From Hyphomicrobiales bacterium (GTDB taxonomy: Bacteria; Pseudomonadota; Alphaproteobacteria; Rhizobiales; Xanthobacteraceae), in contig JAFKKO010000117.1 of NCBI GenBank assembly GCA_017305455.1, forward strand, positions 21,824 through 85,823: a stretch of DNA of 64,000 nt, in the 5' to 3' direction. The notes beneath the pieces are model-generated. The model was not told where the DNA came from, ran no database searches, and was given only the letters and a program-made list of their open reading frames with translations. Position numbers and translations under genes: made by a program. This document shows positions 1 to 9,032 of the stretch, one piece after another. The first letter of the stretch is position 1. Each line of letters opens with the position of its first letter.

Positions 1-1340
1 ACATCGCCGCCGGCGGCGTGCTGCCGATGTGCCAGGACACCGGCACCGCGATCATCATGGGCAAGAAGGGCTCTCGCGTGCTCACCGAGGGCGACGACGA
101 GGCGGCCCTCAGCGAGGGCGCGCGCGATGCGTATCTCAAGCGCAACCTGCGCTATTCGCAGGTCGCGCCGCTGTCGATGTTCGAGGAGAAGAACACCCGC
201 AACAACATGCCGGCGCAGTGCGAGATCTACGCCGAGGGCGAGGACGCCTACAAGTTCATGTTCATGGCCAAGGGCGGCGGCTCGGCCAACAAAAGCTTCC
301 TGTTTCAGGGCACGCCCTCGCTGCTGACCAAGGATCGCCTGCACGCGTTCCTCAAGGAGAAGGTGCTGACGCTCGGCACTGCGGCGTGTCCGCCCTATCA
401 CCTTGCCATCGTCATTGGCGGCACCTCGGCCGAACTGACCATGAAGACCGTGAAGCTCGCCTCCGCGCGCTATCTTGACGGCCTGCCGACCACCGGCAGC
501 GAGGACGGCCATGCCTTCCGCGATCTGGAGATGGAGCAGGAAATCCACAAGATGACGCAATCGCTCGGCGTCGGCGCGCAGTTCGGCGGCAAGTATTTCT
601 GCCACGACGTGCGGGTGATCCGCCTGCCGCGGCACGGCGCATCGCTGCCGATCGGGCTCGGCGTGTCCTGCGCCGCCGACCGTCAGGTGCTCGGCAAGAT
701 CACCAAGGACGGCATCTATCTGGAGGAGCTCGAGCATAATCCGGCGCAGTATCTGCCGGTGGTGGAAGGTCATCTCGGCGGCGAGGTGGTGAGGATCGAT
801 CTCGACAGACCGATGAAAGAAATTCTGGCGACGCTGTCGCAATATCCGATCAAGACCCGGCTGTCGCTGAACGGCACCATGATCGTGGCGCGAGATTCGG
901 CGCATGCCAAGCTGCGCGAGCGGCTGGAGAAGGGTGAGCCGCTGCCGGATTATTTCAAGAACCATCCGATCTATTACGCGGGCCCCGCGAAGACGCCGGC
1001 GGGTTACGCCTCGGGTTCGTTCGGCCCGACCACGGCGGGGCGGATGGATTCCTTCGTCGATCAGTTCCAGGCGGCCGGCGGCTCGATGGTGATGCTGGCG
1101 AAGGGCAATCGGGCGCCGGCGGTGCGCGAGGCCTGCAAGGCGCATGGCGGGTTCTATCTCGGCTCGATCGGTGGCGCGGCGGCGAACCTCGCCGAACACT
1201 GCATCAAGAAGGTCGAGGTGGTGGAATATCCCGAACTTGGCATGGAAGCGATCTGGCGCATCGAGGTGGTGGATTTCCCGGCCTTCATCGTCATCGACGA
1301 CAAGGGCAACGACTTCTTCAAGGAACTGAACCTGAGCTGA
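1..1340 (+). CDS. fumA: Class I (Fe-S) fumarate hydratase, 5'-truncated by the window edge
   Basis: The frame is open from the window start to the TGA at 1338-1340 (listed ORF 18..1340). The translation carries class I fumarase/tartrate dehydratase motifs ([19 protein letters not shown], beta-domain GPTTAGRMD...MLAKGNR). A hairpin plus T-run follows. Confidence 0.9.
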   Translation, partial: IAAGGVLPMCQDTGTAIIMGKKGSRVLTEGDDEAALSEGARDAYLKRNLRYSQVAPLSMFEEKNTRNNMPAQCEIYAEGEDAYKFMFMAKGGGSANKSFLFQGTPSLLTKDRLHAFLKEKVLTLGTAACPPYHLAIVIGGTSAELTMKTVKLASARYLDGLPTTGSEDGHAFRDLEMEQEIHKMTQSLGVGAQFGGKYFCHDVRVIRLPRHGASLPIGLGVSCAADRQVLGKITKDGIYLEELEHNPAQYLPVVEGHLGGEVVRIDLDRPMKEILATLSQYPIKTRLSLNGTMIVARDSAHAKLRERLEKGEPLPDYFKNHPIYYAGPAKTPAGYASGSFGPTTAGRMDSFVDQFQAAGGSMVMLAKGNRAPAVREACKAHGGFYLGSIGGAAANLAEHCIKKVEVVEYPELGMEAIWRIEVVDFPAFIVIDDKGNDFFKELNLS

Positions 1341-1366
1341 CAGGGTTCATGCAATTCCCGCTTCTC

Positions 1367-1396
1367 ATGGCCGGCCCCGTGCCGGCCATTTTTGTT
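1367..1396 (+). terminator. Intrinsic terminator after the fumarase gene
   Basis: Perfect 9-bp stem atggccggc/gccggccat with a 5-nt loop, followed by ttttgtt. Confidence 0.75.
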
Positions 1397-1551
1397 GGTC
1401 TTTGTTGTTCGCCGTGAAGCTCTGACGCGGCGACGTGTGCGGCCCGTGTTGGGGTGGTTTGCGTCATGGCGGACATAAAAGAGTCGCGGACCTGTCCTAT
1501 ACCGGCGCTCCTTGACGATCGAAAATCGTGAGCTGGCCACGGAGAAACCTC

Positions 1552-1965
1552 ATGAAGGTCAATCCCTATCTGTTTTTCGACGGCACCTGCGAGCAGGCGT
1601 TCAAATTCTACGCCGATGTGCTGGGCGCGAAGATCGAAGCCATGATGTCCTACAAGGACATGCCGCCGAACGAACGCATGCCGGCGGACTGGAAAGACAA
1701 GATCATGCATGGGCGCATCTCGCTCGGCGGTTACGACATCATGGCCTCCGATACAGTGCCGGGCGATTACAACGAGCCGCAAGGCTTCGACCTGACGCTG
1801 AATATCGACACGGTGGAGGAGGCTGAGCGTATCTACAAGGCGCTGTCGCAAGGCGCGCGGGCCATTCGCATGCCGCTTGGCGAGACCTTCTGGGCGCAAC
1901 GCTTCGGCGCGTTCACCGACAAGTTCGGCACGCCGTGGATGATCAACTGCGAGAAGAAGATGTAG
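1552..1965 (+). CDS. PhnB-like VOC (glyoxalase-fold) family protein
   Basis: MKVNPYLFFDG...ETFWAQRFGAFTDKFGTPWMIN matches PhnB-type proteins from end to end. I prefer ATG 1552 over the listed GTG 1528 because GGAGA lies 6 nt upstream. Confidence 0.8.
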   Translation: MKVNPYLFFDGTCEQAFKFYADVLGAKIEAMMSYKDMPPNERMPADWKDKIMHGRISLGGYDIMASDTVPGDYNEPQGFDLTLNIDTVEEAERIYKALSQGARAIRMPLGETFWAQRFGAFTDKFGTPWMINCEKKM

Positions 1966-1982
1966 CGGCCGGCTTGCGGCAC

Positions 1983-2102
1983 ATCATGGAGCTGGCGATG
2001 TTCAATCTGCTTCCGTCGGGAGACCAGAGGGCGACCGACCGCGTCATGGCCGCGATGATGCAGATGATCAAGATGGATATCGCGGCGCTGCAAGCGCCTG
2101 TG
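1983..2102 (+). pseudogene. Possible relic of the C-terminal tail of a second VOC (3-demethylubiquinone-9 methyltransferase-domain) gene
   Basis: The translation IMELAMFNLLPSGDQRATDRVMAAMMQMIKMDIAALQAPV resembles the conserved C-terminal tail (...RVMxAMLxMxKIDIAxLxxA) of that family as I remember it. There is no matching N-terminal part and no SD or start in register. This is from memory, not a search. Confidence 0.3.
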
Positions 2103-2193
2103 ACGGAACGTAGACGCGACCGCGTGATCGCGTCTTGGCCTGCGAAAGAGGTGTGTTACAAGGCGCGTCCTTTGTCCGGACAATGATGGAATC

Positions 2194-3405
2194 GTGATCG
2201 TGTCTTCGACGAGCTATGCCAGAAATGCCATCGTGCTTGGCCTGTTGTCGGCGGTCGGGCCGTTCGCGATCGACATGTATCTGCCGGCGCTGCCCTCGAT
2301 CGCCGCCGACCTGAAAGCGTCCACCGCCGCGACGCAGATGACGCTGATGGTGTTCTTCATGGCGTTCGGCATCTGCCAGCTTGTCTATGGTCCGCTTTCC
2401 GATATGGCCGGACGCAAGCCGCCGCTGTATTTCGGCCTGGTCCTCTTCATCCTCGGCTCGATCGGCTGCGCACTGGCGCCGAACATCGATTGGCTGATCG
2501 CGCTGCGGGTGGTGCAGGGCGTCGGCGCCGCGGCGATGATGGTGATTCCGCGCGCGATCATCCGCGATCTGCATACCGGCATCGAGGCGACGCGGCTGAT
2601 GTCGCTGGTCATGCTGGTGTTCAGCGTCTGCCCGATCCTGGCGCCGTTGATCGGCAGCGCGCTGATCGTGCCGTTCGGCTGGCGCGCGGTGTTTGTCGGC
2701 GTCACGGTCGCGGCGATTGCCGGTCTTGTCATGGCCGCGATCTTCCTGCCCGAGACGCGGTCCCGGCATGACCGCATGCCGGTCAGCGCGGCCGACGTGG
2801 TTAGTGGTTTCCGCTATCTTTTGACACATCCGCGCTTTCTGGGCTTGACCTTCATCGGCGGCCTCGGCATGGCGAGCTTTTTCGCGTTTCTGGCTTCGTC
2901 CTCCTTCATCTATATCGGCCATTTCGGCCTGACGCCGACGCAGTACAGCCTGGCGTTCTCGGTGAATGCCATCGGTTTCATCGGGGCGTCACAGTTTGCC
3001 GCCGGCCTCGGCGCGCGCTTTGGCATCGCGCGCATGGTGATGGTCGCGGTGATCTGCTACACGCTGTTCGCGCTCGTCAATTTCGCGGTCACGGCGGCGG
3101 GCGTCGATCATCTTGCGGTGCTGATGGCCCTGCTGTTTGCGAGTTTTGCGTTTCTCGGTCTCGTTATTCCCTCGACCATGGTGCTGGCGCTGGACGATCA
3201 CGGCCCGATCGCCGGCATCGCCTCGGCGCTGGGCGGCACGCTGCAGATGATCGCGGGCGGCGCGGTGATCGCGGTCGCCAGCCTGTTTTTCGACGGCACG
3301 GCCCTGCCGATGGTGACGATCATCGCGCTGTGCGCCTGCGGCGCATTGCTGCTCGGCTTTGTCACATTGCGTGGCCGCGCTTCGGCGCCGCAACCGGCGG
3401 AGTGA
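2194..3405 (+). CDS. MFS transporter, Bcr/CflA drug-resistance subfamily
   Basis: 403-aa polytopic hydrophobic protein. LGLLSAVGPFAIDMYLPALPSIAADL and GPLSDMAGRKPPL are typical Bcr/CflA N-terminal motifs. The GTG start is the listed one. Confidence 0.85.
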   Translation: MIVSSTSYARNAIVLGLLSAVGPFAIDMYLPALPSIAADLKASTAATQMTLMVFFMAFGICQLVYGPLSDMAGRKPPLYFGLVLFILGSIGCALAPNIDWLIALRVVQGVGAAAMMVIPRAIIRDLHTGIEATRLMSLVMLVFSVCPILAPLIGSALIVPFGWRAVFVGVTVAAIAGLVMAAIFLPETRSRHDRMPVSAADVVSGFRYLLTHPRFLGLTFIGGLGMASFFAFLASSSFIYIGHFGLTPTQYSLAFSVNAIGFIGASQFAAGLGARFGIARMVMVAVICYTLFALVNFAVTAAGVDHLAVLMALLFASFAFLGLVIPSTMVLALDDHGPIAGIASALGGTLQMIAGGAVIAVASLFFDGTALPMVTIIALCACGALLLGFVTLRGRASAPQPAE

Positions 3406-3591
3406 GCGGCGGCGACGGAACCGGCCGCTTTTGCGGGAAATTGCAGCATTCAGGGTGGATCAAAGGCCGCAAACAGTGGTTTTGATGGGGATGACGCGGG
3501 ACCTGCGTTGTCATCGGCCGGGAAACGTATGACATTCGCAGCGGAATCGCTTTAATACGGCGCTATTGTTCGATTTTACCGTCAGTGAGCC

Positions 3592-4266
3592 ATGCCAGTC
3601 ATTTCCTCCAATAAGCCCTATCGGATCGGACGCTCCAAGACCGGGCTCGGCCTGTTCGCCACCAAGCGGATCGAGAAGGGCACCAAGATCATCCGCTATA
3701 TCGGCCCGCTTCTGGACTCCCGGAAGAAGGAGGATGATGAGATCGAGAACAAGTACCTGTTCGAGATCAACAATCGCTGGACCATTGACGGTTCGATCCG
3801 ACGCAACATCGCCCGCTACATCAATCATTCCTGCCGGCCGAACGCGGAGTCCGACGTCAATTCGCGCGAGCGCCGTGTTGTCATCCGCGCCATCAAGACC
3901 ATCGAGCCGGGCGACGAGATCAACTACGATTACGGCACCGATTACTTCAAGATTTTCCTGAAGCCGATCGGCTGCAAGTGCGATCACTGCGAGAAGAAGC
4001 GCAAGAAGGCGCGCGCCGAGGCGCGGGCGGAGAAGCTGCGGCTGAAATTGAAGGCCGAGAAGAAAGCCGCCAGGGACGCAAGCAAGCCTGCGGCCAAGGC
4101 CACCAAAGGCAAGGCCACGCCCGCCAAAAGCTCGACCGTGCGCGTCGCCGCCGCGGCCCATGCGCGCGGCACCGGTCAGGTCACCAAGACCAAAGCGCGC
4201 CGCACCCGGCCGCTGGCCGCATCGGACGGCGCGAAAAGCCGGGCCCGCAAGAGCCGCGCCTCGTAA
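3592..4266 (+). CDS. SET-domain protein (putative lysine methyltransferase) with a Lys/Ala/Arg-rich C-terminal tail
   Basis: SET signatures are GLGLFATKRIEKGTKII.Y.G, NHSCRPN and EPGDEINYDYG, plus a post-SET-like CKCDHC. About 90 aa of KKRKKARAEARAEKLRLKLKAEKKAARDASKPAAKATKGKATPAK... follow. Confidence 0.85.
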   Translation: MPVISSNKPYRIGRSKTGLGLFATKRIEKGTKIIRYIGPLLDSRKKEDDEIENKYLFEINNRWTIDGSIRRNIARYINHSCRPNAESDVNSRERRVVIRAIKTIEPGDEINYDYGTDYFKIFLKPIGCKCDHCEKKRKKARAEARAEKLRLKLKAEKKAARDASKPAAKATKGKATPAKSSTVRVAAAAHARGTGQVTKTKARRTRPLAASDGAKSRARKSRAS

Positions 4267-4331
4267 GTGCGATCGCCTTGCCGGGGACTGCCGTCATGCC
4301 TATCTGACGGAAAACCCCGCGAGGCCGTCTC

Positions 4332-4994
4332 ATGAACAACACCACGCCGCTGCAGATCGACGTTGTGTCCGACGTGGTTTGCCCATGGTGCTACATCGGC
4401 AAGCGCCGGCTGGAATCCGCGCTGGCGCTGGTGCCGGATGTGCCGGTCGAAGTGCACTGGCGGCCGTTCTTCCTCAATCCGTGGGTGCCGCGCGAAGGCA
4501 TGTCGCGCGAGCAGTATCTCACCACCAAGTTCGGCTCGGTCGAAGCCTATCAAGGCATTGCCGGTCGCGTGGCGCAGGCCGCCGCGGCTGAAGGGCTGCA
4601 ATACAATTCGGATCGGATGAAGCGCCAGCCCAACACCCTCGATTGTCATCGCCTGATCCATTGGGCGGACGAGGAGGGCAAGGCCGCTGCGATGAAGCAG
4701 CGGCTGATGGATCTGTATTTCCGCGACGGCGGCGATCTCACCGACATCGACGTTCTGGTGCAGGCCGCCGCCGCTATCGGTCTCAATGCCGACCGCATCC
4801 GCGCGCGTCTTGCCGGCGATGAGGACGTCGATGTGGTGTCCGCACAGGCGAAGGAGGCCGCTGACAAGGGCATCAGCGGCGTGCCGACCTATGTGCTGGC
4901 GCGGACTTATGCCATTTCAGGCGCGCAGGATCCCGCGCAGTTCGCGCAGGCGATCCGGCAGGTCGCGGCGAAGATGGACAGCCTTTCGGCGTGA
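4332..4994 (+). CDS. DsbA-family (FrnE-like) thiol oxidoreductase/isomerase
   Basis: It has the CPWC thioredoxin-fold motif in VVSDVVCPWCYIGKRRLE. The 220-aa length and the C-terminal GVPTYV motif are typical of the FrnE/HCCA-isomerase-like DsbA family. Confidence 0.85.
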   Translation: MNNTTPLQIDVVSDVVCPWCYIGKRRLESALALVPDVPVEVHWRPFFLNPWVPREGMSREQYLTTKFGSVEAYQGIAGRVAQAAAAEGLQYNSDRMKRQPNTLDCHRLIHWADEEGKAAAMKQRLMDLYFRDGGDLTDIDVLVQAAAAIGLNADRIRARLAGDEDVDVVSAQAKEAADKGISGVPTYVLARTYAISGAQDPAQFAQAIRQVAAKMDSLSA

Positions 4995-5035
4995 TCGTAT
5001 CGCAGCAATGACAGGCGTGAATTGCGAGGCGGCGT

Positions 5036-6190
5036 TCAGGAGCGCTGCTTCCTGATGGCATGCACGACGCGGCGCGCAGGCTCGCGGATGCGCCGGCGTA
5101 AATCGAGGGCAACACGGATCGCGCCGACCAGCGGATCGCGCCGCCGCAGGGGAATCAGCACGTCGCCGATCGGCAGGCGGCCGCGCCAGATCGGATCGAT
5201 CATCGGATGATCGGGGGTTGCGATGGAATCCACGCTGGCGATGCTGTCATCGGCGCACATGTAGCGGGTGAGTTCGAGCGTCAGCAGCACGCCGGGCGAA
5301 CATTTGGCAAAGCGCTCGTCCACGCCGAGCTTGAAATAGAAGGCGCGATCCAGATGCCGCAGCACGATCGCGGCCGCGACCGGCGTCTCGCCGGCGTAGA
5401 GCGAGACGACTTCGCATGCCCCGCGCGCCGCCATGTCGCGCACCGCGCGGCAGATGAAGGCGAGATGAGCCTCGTCCTGAAGCAGCGCGGTGCCGCGCCG
5501 GGCCTTCCAGCCGCTGGCCTCGAGTTGCAGAAACACTTCAAGGGCGGGAGCGATGTCCTCGGGCGTCGCGGCGATGGTGAACATCACTTCGCCGATATCG
5601 GCGAGGCGGTGGTGCTGGCGTCGCAGTTCCTTGAGCTTCTTGGCGCCGAGCGCCTCGCGCAGGAGTTCGTCGGCATCGCGCGTGGCGTCGAGCAAGGCGC
5701 GAGCGTGGGAATGCAGAACGTGCGTCTGCAAACCTTCCCATGCCATCGCCCGCGTGAAGGCCGCCATCACCGGACCGTCGAGCGGGGTGTCACGCAGGAT
5801 CAGCGCGCGCGCGCCGACGGCGCGCGCCTGCCGCATCAGGCGGCCTGCGGCTTGATCGGCGTTGTCGCGGTCGAGCAGCACGGTGCCGAGCGGCGGATAG
5901 ACGTCGGCGGTGACGAGCGCGGGCAACGGCAATCCGTAGGCGCGCCAGGCCGACACCGCGGGCATCAGGCCGAGCAGGGTCTCGCCGCTCTCGTTCCAGG
6001 CGCTCAGCGCGCGGTTCTCGGTCCGTCCGCGCAGGAAGATATCCGCCGCCAGCGACCAGTCCGGCAGATAGTAGCCGTTCGGCTCAGCCGCGCGGGCGGC
6101 GAGGGATTGCCAGGAATCCAGCGGAACATCGCGGAGCATCTGTAGCGCCGCGGGCGCGAGATTGGGCGTTGCGCGCGGCGGCAACGACAC
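5036..6190 (-). CDS. GNAT-type acetyltransferase, CelD/BcsL (FemAB-like) subfamily
   Basis: The C-terminal two thirds (EVFLQLEASGWKARRGTAL...YFKLGVDERFAKCSPGVLL) resembles CelD/BcsL-like GNAT proteins. The listed ORF runs to 6520, but that extension looks non-coding. GTG at 6188-6190 (used here) and ATG at 6137-6139 are both plausible starts. Confidence 0.6.
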   Translation of the reverse strand: MSLPPRATPNLAPAALQMLRDVPLDSWQSLAARAAEPNGYYLPDWSLAADIFLRGRTENRALSAWNESGETLLGLMPAVSAWRAYGLPLPALVTADVYPPLGTVLLDRDNADQAAGRLMRQARAVGARALILRDTPLDGPVMAAFTRAMAWEGLQTHVLHSHARALLDATRDADELLREALGAKKLKELRRQHHRLADIGEVMFTIAATPEDIAPALEVFLQLEASGWKARRGTALLQDEAHLAFICRAVRDMAARGACEVVSLYAGETPVAAAIVLRHLDRAFYFKLGVDERFAKCSPGVLLTLELTRYMCADDSIASVDSIATPDHPMIDPIWRGRLPIGDVLIPLRRRDPLVGAIRVALDLRRRIREPARRVVHAIRKQRS

Positions 6191-6540
6191 CTGCGCCTCG
6201 CCGATGGCGCGATGTTCGTTCGCGCTTACTGCGTTTTTGATGACCTCGAGCACGTTCCTGATCCCATCACGTCGCGCGCAGCAAAAACTGCCTCGCAGCG
6301 AGCGTCGATGGCCGGAACCTATCGGGAAGATTTCAAAAATTGCTTGGAGTTTGTCTGCAAATCCGCAAGGCCAGGTTAGATAATGCTTAACCATATCGGC
6401 CGGCTCGCGAAGCCGTGCCGCATGGTCGTTTGCGGATCGGCTTTGGGCCCCGAGCGGCGCTGTTCCGACGGTGTTGCCGCTTGGAGCAGGCGGTTCGCTT
6501 TTGCTATAAATCGGGCGCATCCGAACGGGAGTTAGGCGGA

Positions 6541-6822
6541 ATGAGCGGAAGAATCTTGCGATTTGTCGGTCTGGCCGGCACGGCGGCGCTGTTGGCGTTC
6601 GCGAGCGCGCCGGTGCAGGCGCAGTTCACTCCAGGGTTTCAGCTGGGCGGCGACAAGGAAGTGTCTCCGGAGGAACGGGAGCGCAACCAGGCCAACGAAC
6701 GGGCCGCCAGAGAAGCGCAGAAGAAGATCGTTGCGCCCAAGGCCAGCAATGATCCGTGGGCGGATGTGCGCACCAGCGAGCCCCCGGCCAAGAGCGCCAA
6801 GCCCAAGGCCGTCGCGCGCTGA
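6541..6822 (+). CDS. Small secreted protein, unknown function
   Basis: ATG 6541 has GGGAG 9 nt upstream. There is a clear signal peptide, MSGRILRFVGLAGTAALLAFASAPVQA|QF, followed by a charged Lys/Glu/Pro-rich mature part. I do not recognise a family. Confidence 0.55.
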   Translation: MSGRILRFVGLAGTAALLAFASAPVQAQFTPGFQLGGDKEVSPEERERNQANERAAREAQKKIVAPKASNDPWADVRTSEPPAKSAKPKAVAR

Positions 6823-6840
6823 TATCCCGGCCTGACGTTT

Positions 6841-6918
6841 GTCTCATGGGCTTGTCCCATGGATTTTTCTCATAGGCTTGTCTCATGGGCTTGTCTCGTG
6901 GACGTGCCTCATTTTGCG
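6841..6918. repeat. 13-bp tandem repeat, six units (consensus GTCTCATGGGCTT)
   Basis: The units read gtctcatgggctt / gtcccatggattt / ttctcataggctt / gtctcatgggctt / gtctcgtggacgt / gcctcattttgcg. Units 1 and 4 are identical. The period is not a multiple of 3, and the repeat is intergenic. Confidence 0.85.
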
Positions 6919-7025
6919 GCATGCGCGCCGCGGCGACCTTTGGAAGAGATCGGCGGGGACGGGTGTGTGCTGGCGCTCGATCGAAGGGCGGGTGTTTGGA
7001 CCATGCGCCGGGATTGGAGAATCTG

Positions 7026-7343
7026 ATGGGGCGGTTTGTCGGTTCGGTGATTGTGGCGTTCGCGATCGTTGTGTTCGGCTACTACGTCTATTTCCAGCCG
7101 ACAGCCAGCGAAGCGGCCTGCGACCGCGCGGTTCAGTCGTCGATCGGAGCCGGGTCGCCATTCACGGTGCGCTCGCATGCCTCGACCGCCGGCCGCGACA
7201 GCATGACGGTGACGGTTGCGTTCAGCACCGCGACGGCGGATGGCGCGCGGCGCGAGCAGGTCTATGGCTGCGATCTGGCGAGGCAGGCGGACGGCGCGTT
7301 CACGGTGGTCAAGGTTTATCCGGCGCCGGGTGCACAAAACTGA
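7026..7343 (+). CDS. Membrane-anchored hypothetical protein
   Basis: ATG 7026 has GGAGA 5 nt upstream. One N-terminal TM helix (FVGSVIVAFAIVVFGYYVYF) precedes a ~80-aa soluble part. I do not recognise a family. Confidence 0.5.
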   Translation: MGRFVGSVIVAFAIVVFGYYVYFQPTASEAACDRAVQSSIGAGSPFTVRSHASTAGRDSMTVTVAFSTATADGARREQVYGCDLARQADGAFTVVKVYPAPGAQN

Positions 7344-7512
7344 AAGTCGGCCTGGCAGGGCTGCGGCGGCTCTCACCGCTACCGGCGATATGAGGAATTT
7401 ATCGATCGGTCTTCATGGATCGTTCAGGACGTTCCTTGGCATCGCGTTAGTCTTCGCGCGATAGGTTATCGTGATGAACCGGCTTGGCGGTTCATGAATT
7501 TCGGAGGCCCAC

Positions 7513-7677
7513 TTGAAGCAGTCCGTCCTGCGCTTTCTGGCCAATCAGTCCGGCGCGACCGCGATCGAATACGGGCTGATCATGGGAGGTATCGCCCTGG
7601 CCATTCTGGCTGCTATTCAGGGAGTGGGCAGCTCCATCAGTTCGGTGTTCGGAAGAGCCTCCAACGCCCTGCAATAA
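7513..7677 (+). CDS. flp: Flp/Fap-family type IVb pilin (54 aa; absent from the ORF track because it is under 60 aa)
   Basis: TTG start at 7513 with GGAGG at 7503-7507. The translation MKQSVLRFLANQSGATAIEYGLIMGGIALAILAAIQGVGSSISSVFGRASNALQ contains the Flp prepilin motif G/ATAIEYGLI followed by a hydrophobic stretch. The stop is TAA at 7675-7677. Confidence 0.85.
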   Translation: MKQSVLRFLANQSGATAIEYGLIMGGIALAILAAIQGVGSSISSVFGRASNALQ

Positions 7678-7908
7678 CGCGCTCGCCGCGTGACCCGTGC
7701 GATGCGGGTCTGTCTTCTGCTTTGAAAGATCCGGCTTGTCCCGCTGCGTATTGACGCGGTGGCTGCGACGTCGGGCTGCGTGATGCAGGCCGAAACACGC
7801 TGCAATGATGTCTGCGGCGCAATTCCCGCGCCCCGCATGTCGCGGGCACGCCTGCGAAACTCGTCCGAACACCTTACAAAGTAAATGTTTACTTCTTAAC
7901 GTGGCACG

Positions 7909-8832
7909 CTAAGTCTTCGGCGGCTTGCGACCGAGGAACAGCTCAAGAAACACGCCTCTCAACCACCTGTTGGCGGGGTCGTAATGATAGCGCTCGTGCC
8001 AATGCTGCTTGATGTCGACCGTTGGGAGCTTGAGCGGCGGCTTGAGCAGTTTGATATTGGTGGAGTTGGCAAAAGACAGCGCGAGATTGCGCGGTACGGT
8101 TCCGATCGTGTCGGTCTGGGAGATCACCACTGGCAAGGTCAGGAAGTGAGGGACCGTCATGGCGACAGGACGCTTGATGCGCTGCTTGGCGATGGTCCGT
8201 TCGATCCCGACCTCGTGCGCCGTGCCGCTGGACGACACCAGCACATGCGGCAGGGTAGAGAACTGCTGGAGGGACAGCGTGTCATTCACCGTGGGATGGT
8301 CGGAGTTCGCGATGCAGACGAACTCGTCGCGGTACAGAAGCTGTTCGAAGAATCCGCCGGACAAACCCTCGAACAGGCCGACGGCCAGATCGACGTCGCC
8401 GGAAATCATCGCTTCCTGAATGCCGCGACGTGGGATCGACTCGATGTTGATGCCGACGCCCGGCGCGATGGCTTGCAGATGGCGCAGCAAGCGCGGCAGC
8501 ATCACGGCTTCGCCGATATCCGTCATGAAGACGGAGAAGGTACGGGATGAGCGCGCGGCATCGAAACTTGCATCGATCTTCAGCGCGCCGTCGATCAGCT
8601 CGCAGGCTTTGCGGATTGGCTCGGCGATCGATGCGGCATAAGGCGTCGGCTCCATGCCGCGCACGGTGCGCACGAACAACGGGTCGTTCAGAATCTTGCG
8701 CAGCCGCGCCAGCGCGTTGCTCAACGCGGGCTGACTCAACCCGACGCGATCGGCGGCGAGCGTGATGTTACGCTCACGATCGATCGCGACGAACGCCACA
8801 AGCAGATTGAGGTCGAGCGAATTTATATTCAT
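7909..8832 (-). CDS. LysR-family transcriptional regulator
   Basis: It has an N-terminal wHTH (LVAFVAIDRERNITLAADRVGLSQPALSNALARLR) plus a LysR substrate-binding domain. It is divergent from fdrA. Confidence 0.9.
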   Translation of the reverse strand: MNINSLDLNLLVAFVAIDRERNITLAADRVGLSQPALSNALARLRKILNDPLFVRTVRGMEPTPYAASIAEPIRKACELIDGALKIDASFDAARSSRTFSVFMTDIGEAVMLPRLLRHLQAIAPGVGINIESIPRRGIQEAMISGDVDLAVGLFEGLSGGFFEQLLYRDEFVCIANSDHPTVNDTLSLQQFSTLPHVLVSSSGTAHEVGIERTIAKQRIKRPVAMTVPHFLTLPVVISQTDTIGTVPRNLALSFANSTNIKLLKPPLKLPTVDIKQHWHERYHYDPANRWLRGVFLELFLGRKPPKT

Positions 8833-9032
8833 GCGACGAATACGCTACATGGAGAAATGACATTAGACAACATGGCGACCTCATTCTCTAATCAACGAGG
8901 GTACGGCATTGCAATGACATCGCGTGGATTGCGAAACAACGCGATCTGATCGCGCGAGCATAATGCCTTGACGACGGCGATTTCGATTCACCGCCGTGAT
9001 GTCGTGCGCGACTTTCTCATATGGGGTGAGCG

